Positions 16,152 to 20,000 of a stretch of DNA of 20,000 bases are shown here, piece after piece. Source of the stretch: an uncultured virus (IMG/VR IMGVR_UViG_3300045241_000137) (lineage: Duplodnaviria; Heunggongvirae; Uroviricota; Caudoviricetes); IMG/VR virus record IMGVR_UViG_3300045241_000137; one strand, 5' to 3'. How positions within the stretch are numbered: position 1 is the stretch's first letter; the number at the start of each line of letters is the position of its first letter. A program made the position numbers and the translations under genes. The notes beneath the pieces are model-generated. The model worked only from the letters and a program-made list of their open reading frames with translations. It had not been told where the DNA came from and ran no database searches.

Positions 16152-16444
16152 GCTACACCACGGTCTACGACGTGACCTGCGCCGAGTGTGGCGCCGAGTC
16201 GGTCGCGGCCGTGACCGTATGGCCCGGCACCCGCTGGGACCCACCGGATGGCGAGACGACGCCGGAGGAGTGCCCGCAGTGCGGCAAGCCGTTCGACGAC
16301 ACCGACGCAATGGGCGGAGTGCGAGCCGCCCGAACCCGACCGCAAGGGGGACGAATGACCCATCTAGCAGCGAGGCTTTTCTATCGTCGCCGTTTGTCGA
16401 GGCGCATGCACCGGCTGATGTTCTTCTACCGGACAACCTACTAG
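16148..16444 (+). CDS. Zn-ribbon protein (CAEC...CPQC), possibly two genes joined by a frameshift
   Basis: 98-aa ORF with an internal RBS and ATG at 16355. Confidence 0.6.
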   Translation: MSYTTVYDVTCAECGAESVAAVTVWPGTRWDPPDGETTPEECPQCGKPFDDTDAMGGVRAARTRPQGGRMTHLAARLFYRRRLSRRMHRLMFFYRTTY

Positions 16445-16459
16445 GAAGGAGGCTTTTCA

Positions 16460-16744
16460 ATGTCATACGTTCACGATGTCGAAGGCGTCGATCAGGAGAC
16501 CGTCGAGATTCGCGTTCGGCTCGGTCGCGCGGGCTTCGAGAAGTTGCGCACCGGCTCGGTGCCTGTCTCGGAGATCTGGCTCACGGAGCAGCCGGACGGC
16601 TCGTTCGCGCTCGGCGTGGTCACGCCGACGAGGCCGGAGGATCTCGGCTACCAGGCGCGCAAGGTCGAGCGCGACGACCGGCGCGAGCGGTTCCCTAGCG
16701 CCGGTGCTTCTGGCGCAATCGACATGCGTCATCTTCAGCCATGA
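16460..16744 (+). CDS. Hypothetical protein (94 aa)
   Basis: AAGGAGG RBS embedded in a CTAG-N7-GCTTT copy. Confidence 0.75.
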   Translation: MSYVHDVEGVDQETVEIRVRLGRAGFEKLRTGSVPVSEIWLTEQPDGSFALGVVTPTRPEDLGYQARKVERDDRRERFPSAGASGAIDMRHLQP

Positions 16745-17253
16745 GCGAGCCCACCCGTCTCATCCCCAGGGACCTGCCGATCGAGCAGGGCCGCAAACTG
16801 ATGTTCACGTTCACCGTCGCGTTCGACCTGACCGTCGACGAGGACCTGACCGGAGACACTGACCCGCCGACGCTCGACGACATCGAATACTGGCTCGGCG
16901 GAGACTACCGCTCGAGCGAGCAGATATTCAAGGCGCTCGCCGGCCATCAGGAGCGCGAGATCATCGAGCACGAGGTCAGCCTCGACGACCGCTATGAGGG
17001 CGCCGACGACGGGCCCGTCAGGTTCGAGAGCACCTGGGAGGCGAAGGAGCGCGAGCGCGGCCGTGCTGGGGAGTGGCCGATGTCGCGGGCGTGGCTCGAT
17101 CATGTTCCTAGCGCCGGGGCTTTGCCGTTGGGGCCGGAGTCGAACCCGGCGATCCTCGCGCCTAGTGCTGGGGCTTTGCGGAGAGGCAACGGCGATCTAG
17201 TCGCCGAGGTCGCCTACCCGACCGCCGAGGATGTGATGAACCGTGACGGGTAA
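16741..17253 (+). CDS. Acidic hypothetical protein (170 aa)
   Basis: ATGA overlap; the two PSAGAL repeats in the tail are encoded by the DNA motif. Confidence 0.7.
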   Translation: MSEPTRLIPRDLPIEQGRKLMFTFTVAFDLTVDEDLTGDTDPPTLDDIEYWLGGDYRSSEQIFKALAGHQEREIIEHEVSLDDRYEGADDGPVRFESTWEAKERERGRAGEWPMSRAWLDHVPSAGALPLGPESNPAILAPSAGALRRGNGDLVAEVAYPTAEDVMNRDG

Positions 17254-17437
17254 CGCGCCCGCGCTCGTCCGTCACCGCGGCCCGCTGCTCGTCCTGCTGA
17301 TCGTCGCCGCGGTCTTCGCCGGCTCGTCGCTGCTGATGAGCGTGAACCTCGGCATGTGGGTGAGCGCGGCCGCGGAGCTCGTGTTGTTCTGCGGGTTCGT
17401 GGTGGCGTTCGTTGTCGTCAGGAGGTATCGGCCGTGA
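17243..17437 (+). CDS. Small two-TM membrane protein (64 aa)
   Basis: Two hydrophobic segments and a basic tail. Confidence 0.65.
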   Translation: MTGNAPALVRHRGPLLVLLIVAAVFAGSSLLMSVNLGMWVSAAAELVLFCGFVVAFVVVRRYRP

Positions 17438-17697
17438 GCAGAATCAAGATCGCCGACAACCCCGAATATGCCGGGAAAACTCCGCGCCCGCTGAAGGCGA
17501 CGTGCCACGACGGGACGCCGTTCCTGACCGTCGTCTGCGCAGCGGGCCACGAGAACCATGTCCACGAGTCGCAGTTGCCGCCGCTGCCGGAGCCGATAAG
17601 TATGCGCTGCGCAGTGTGCCGCCGCACGATCGAGTTCGACGGCGGCGAGATCGAGGCGGCGTTCCAGAAGATGCGCGACGACGGGTGGATCGAATGA
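17434..17697 (+). CDS. Zn-ribbon-like protein (87 aa)
   Basis: AGGAGG RBS; CAAGH...CAVC. Confidence 0.72.
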   Translation: MSRIKIADNPEYAGKTPRPLKATCHDGTPFLTVVCAAGHENHVHESQLPPLPEPISMRCAVCRRTIEFDGGEIEAAFQKMRDDGWIE

Positions 17698-17822
17698 CCT
17701 GCGTGTGGTGTGGCGAGACCGCAACCTGGGTGCGCGACGACGACGTGACGTTCTGCGACTCCTGCAAGGACGACGACGACACGCAGCTCGTCTGGTGGCC
17801 GATCCCCGCGGAGAAGCCATGA
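17694..17822 (+). CDS. Zn-ribbon microprotein (42 aa)
   Basis: MTCVWCG...FCDSC; ATGA overlaps. Confidence 0.65.
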   Translation: MTCVWCGETATWVRDDDVTFCDSCKDDDDTQLVWWPIPAEKP

Positions 17823-18052
17823 CCATCAACGTCGTCTGTGTCCGTTGCGGCGCCGACATCGCGGAGCACGCCTCGACGTTCGGACGCTGCACCGACGGGC
17901 AAAGCCACGGCTCGATGCTGCTCGACTCGCACGCCCTAGACGACCTGCCGCCGGCGCGGCGCGCGCTCGAGCGGGCCAGGCTCGCTCAGATGCAACACGA
18001 CCGCCGAGTGGACGTGCAGCTTGGCCTCTCTAGCGACGGGGCTTTCGGATGA
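17819..18052 (+). CDS. Hypothetical CxxC protein (77 aa)
   Basis: CVRCG...H...C; ATGA overlaps. Confidence 0.62.
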   Translation: MTINVVCVRCGADIAEHASTFGRCTDGQSHGSMLLDSHALDDLPPARRALERARLAQMQHDRRVDVQLGLSSDGAFG

Positions 18053-18255
18053 CCGTCACTGCCGCCCCCGGCCTGAAGGGCACCCTCGAGTTCTGCACCC
18101 GCCCCGACCACGGGCAGCGGATCATGCACCGCGGCCACGCACTGCTGCTGCGTGCGGCGAACGGCGTGTTCGTGTTCCTCGACGTCGAGACGAGGATGGA
18201 GGTCTGCTTGTACGCGGACGAGATCGTCGAGTTCGTCTCTAGGCCCGAGCCGTGA
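18049..18255 (+). CDS. Hypothetical protein (68 aa)
   Basis: Overlapping start and stop codons on both sides. Confidence 0.62.
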   Translation: MTVTAAPGLKGTLEFCTRPDHGQRIMHRGHALLLRAANGVFVFLDVETRMEVCLYADEIVEFVSRPEP

Positions 18256-18776
18256 CCGCGCACTCCGACCCCGAGTACCTGACCACCCGCCAGGTCGCCG
18301 AACGGATCGGCGTCCGGCCGAGGTCGATCACGCAGGCGCTCTGGCGCGGCCACATGCCCGAACCCGACCTGACGCTCCTCGACCATCACCCGCTCTGGCT
18401 CGTCGACACGATCGACAAATGGCAGGCCGCCCGCCAGAAGTACGGGCGCCGCTGGAAGACGAAAGGCAAGCGCGCGAAGCGCGGCGAGCGGAAGACACGC
18501 AAGCAGCGGATCCGCACCGTGCCCGTCGCGAACGTCCCCAGGAACGCACCGCTCTCTAAGGCCGAGGCTTCACCGAACGAGCCGCTCCCGGTGTCGACGA
18601 TCACCGCCGAGAGCGCAGCAGTGATCGCAGCGGCGATGCGTTTGGACGGGCATTTCTGCACGACGCGCGACGTGCAAGAGCTCGCCGCCGCCGACCCCGA
18701 CAGCCTGGACTGGGAACGGCAGAAGCTGCAGGTGCGGGTGCGCCGCAAGATCCGCGGCCTCGCCGAGCGCAAGTAG
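18252..18776 (+). CDS. AlpA/excisionase-like HTH DNA-binding protein with basic linker (174 aa)
   Basis: YLTTRQVAERIGVRPRSI...MPEPD...PLWLVDTIDKW. Confidence 0.8.
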   Translation: MTAHSDPEYLTTRQVAERIGVRPRSITQALWRGHMPEPDLTLLDHHPLWLVDTIDKWQAARQKYGRRWKTKGKRAKRGERKTRKQRIRTVPVANVPRNAPLSKAEASPNEPLPVSTITAESAAVIAAAMRLDGHFCTTRDVQELAAADPDSLDWERQKLQVRVRRKIRGLAERK

Positions 18777-18806
18777 CCGTCGTCCTGGCGCAGTAGAGTC
18801 CGGGCG

Positions 18807-19094
18807 GTGTGGTGGAAACCTCGTCCGTTCAGACAACTCGACGAGATCCAACAGGCCTTGTCCACGATCAGCAGGAGGCTCGACAAGATGGGCACCGATA
18901 TTCACGCGCTCGACACCGCTCTCGCAACGCTGACGAGTGACGTCGCAACGCTCAAGACCGCCGTGGAGGCGCTGATCGCCGCGATCCCTCCGGGCGACTT
19001 CACCACCGAGATCGAGGCCGTGCAGGCCGCGTTCGGCAGCGTCGAGCAGACGACACAGGAGGCGCAGGGCGCGACTCCTCCCCCGCCCGCCTAG
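18807..19094 (+). CDS. Coiled-coil hypothetical protein (95 aa)
   Basis: Heptad pattern; TAGAGT at 18794-18799 suggests a leaderless start. Confidence 0.7.
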   Translation: MWWKPRPFRQLDEIQQALSTISRRLDKMGTDIHALDTALATLTSDVATLKTAVEALIAAIPPGDFTTEIEAVQAAFGSVEQTTQEAQGATPPPPA

Positions 19095-19112
19095 GGACGG
19101 GGCTTCGCTTCG

Positions 19113-19143
19113 GGCTGCGCGGCACAGTGTCGGCCGCGCGGCC
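19113..19143. terminator. GC-rich hairpin between convergent genes
   Basis: GGCTGCGCGGC-N9-GCCGCGCGGCC, 11 bp with one G-U pair and no U-tract. Confidence 0.45.
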
Positions 19144-20000
19144 TAGCCGAGCAGCGACATCTGGCCGGCGTCCTCGACGGCCTTGCGGATCGCCGCCGCC
19201 GCGTCGCGCTCGGCGCAGATGCGTAGACCATCCGCTCCGTGCTCTTTCCAGAAGCGGATGCGCGCCTCGGCGATCTTCATGTAGTCAGCCTCGCGCTCGA
19301 TCCCCACAAAGTTGAAGCCTTCTAGTGCTGAGGCGACGCCGGTCGTTCCCGATCCGAGGAACGGATCGAGTACGGTTCCGTTCGGTGGTGTGACCAAGCG
19401 GACGAGCCAGCGCATCAGCGCGATCGGCTTCACGGTCGGATGATGGTTGCGTGCGACGAAGCTGCCGCGGTTTCCGTCACGCGCCATCGCCGACGTCGGA
19501 TCCATTTTGAGGCTCGGGAGTTCATCGAACCCTTCGAGTCCGGCGTTCCGTTCGGCGCGCGACACCTTCGCGCAGTAGAAAAACCGAGACGCGCCGCCGC
19601 TGTCGCCGAATAGCGATCCAGCGGCTTGCTCGTCCTTCCAGAGTCCTTTGCCACCGCCATAGATTCCTTCCCGCGCGGCGGGTTCGTGCGGCACGAACCC
19701 GCCGCGCGGTTCTTTGCCACTCGTCAGCCTGCCGCTCTGCTCGTCCAGCATGCGCACCGGGCAACCCTCAACGCACTCCCACACCGGCACCTGCTCGTCA
19801 CCGTACACGGGCGCGTTCGGCTCAGAGTCACCGAGTTCGCTTCCGACGTCGGCGAAACCACCAGGCCACGTTCCGTTACCCGTCTCGCGCTGATCACCAA
19901 GCAGGACCGTCGTTCCGACCTCGACGCAGTCCTCGTGGTGGACGAGCACAACATTCGCGGGCCAGCGGCCACCGGAAGCCTGCTGAGCTTCAGACCCGTC
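19143..20000 (-). CDS. N6-adenine/N4-cytosine DNA methyltransferase (beta class), N-terminus outside the window
   Basis: GRWPANV, GGASRFFYCAK, HPTVKPIALMRWLVRLVTPP and VLDPFLGSGTTG; frame open to 20000. Confidence 0.93.
   Translation of the reverse strand, partial: DGSEAQQASGGRWPANVVLVHHEDCVEVGTTVLLGDQRETGNGTWPGGFADVGSELGDSEPNAPVYGDEQVPVWECVEGCPVRMLDEQSGRLTSGKEPRGGFVPHEPAAREGIYGGGKGLWKDEQAAGSLFGDSGGASRFFYCAKVSRAERNAGLEGFDELPSLKMDPTSAMARDGNRGSFVARNHHPTVKPIALMRWLVRLVTPPNGTVLDPFLGSGTTGVASALEGFNFVGIEREADYMKIAEARIRFWKEHGADGLRICAERDAAAAIRKAVEDAGQMSLLG

Larger units (their letters stand above)
11167..19106 (+). repeat. Dispersed strand-polar motif CTAG-N7-GCTTY, 14 copies
   Basis: Starts at 11167, 11191, 11211, 11226, 11370, 15637, 16131, 16364, 16441, 16695, 17108, 17162, 18030 and 19091. 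Confidence 0.92.
1..20000. mobile_element. Tailed dsDNA phage or prophage region (packaging, glycosylation and early gene modules)
   Basis: TerL and TerS-like genes, DNA MTase, dense small ORFs with ATGA/GTGA overlaps, no recognisable host housekeeping genes. No integrase or att site is visible in the window. Confidence 0.93.

Noticed and set aside
17330..17350. Second hammerhead core CTGATGAG
   Set aside because: Lies inside a membrane-protein CDS, is followed by GAAC rather than GAAA, and has no stems.
17243..17437. Holin call for the two-TM protein
   Set aside because: No endolysin nearby and the context is an early-type operon.

Overview
High-GC tailed-phage (or prophage) segment, probably from an actinobacterial-type host (inferred from TANNNT leaderless-type promoters and a perfect TCGAAC-N4-GTTCGA box). 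Left arm (minus strand, 1-8040): small genes, a terminase large subunit, then a tightly coupled glycan-modification cluster with a TAGT/GREB1-like glycosyltransferase, four further GT-A-type enzymes, a SAM methyltransferase and a NodB-type deacetylase. Centre (about 8100-11160): a palindrome-rich block with a plus-strand operon and a non-coding stretch, separating terL from a probable RHH-fused terminase small subunit (11191-11976). Right arm (plus strand, 12785-19094): many small early-type genes (DUF3560-like protein, Zn-ribbon microproteins, HTH protein) converging on a truncated N6/N4 DNA methyltransferase. Main non-coding signals: (1) a complete type I hammerhead ribozyme with a 1-bp stem II and a loop II pseudoknot at 14337-14410; (2) a strand-polar motif CTAG-N7-GCTTY in 14 copies, all on the + strand and all right of 11160; (3) five 23-24 bp SOS-box-like dyads, each overlapping a Shine-Dalgarno-like GAGG upstream of terL; (4) mirror-image G/T skew around the central block. 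All counts come from manual reading, and all family calls come from motif recognition rather than database searches.
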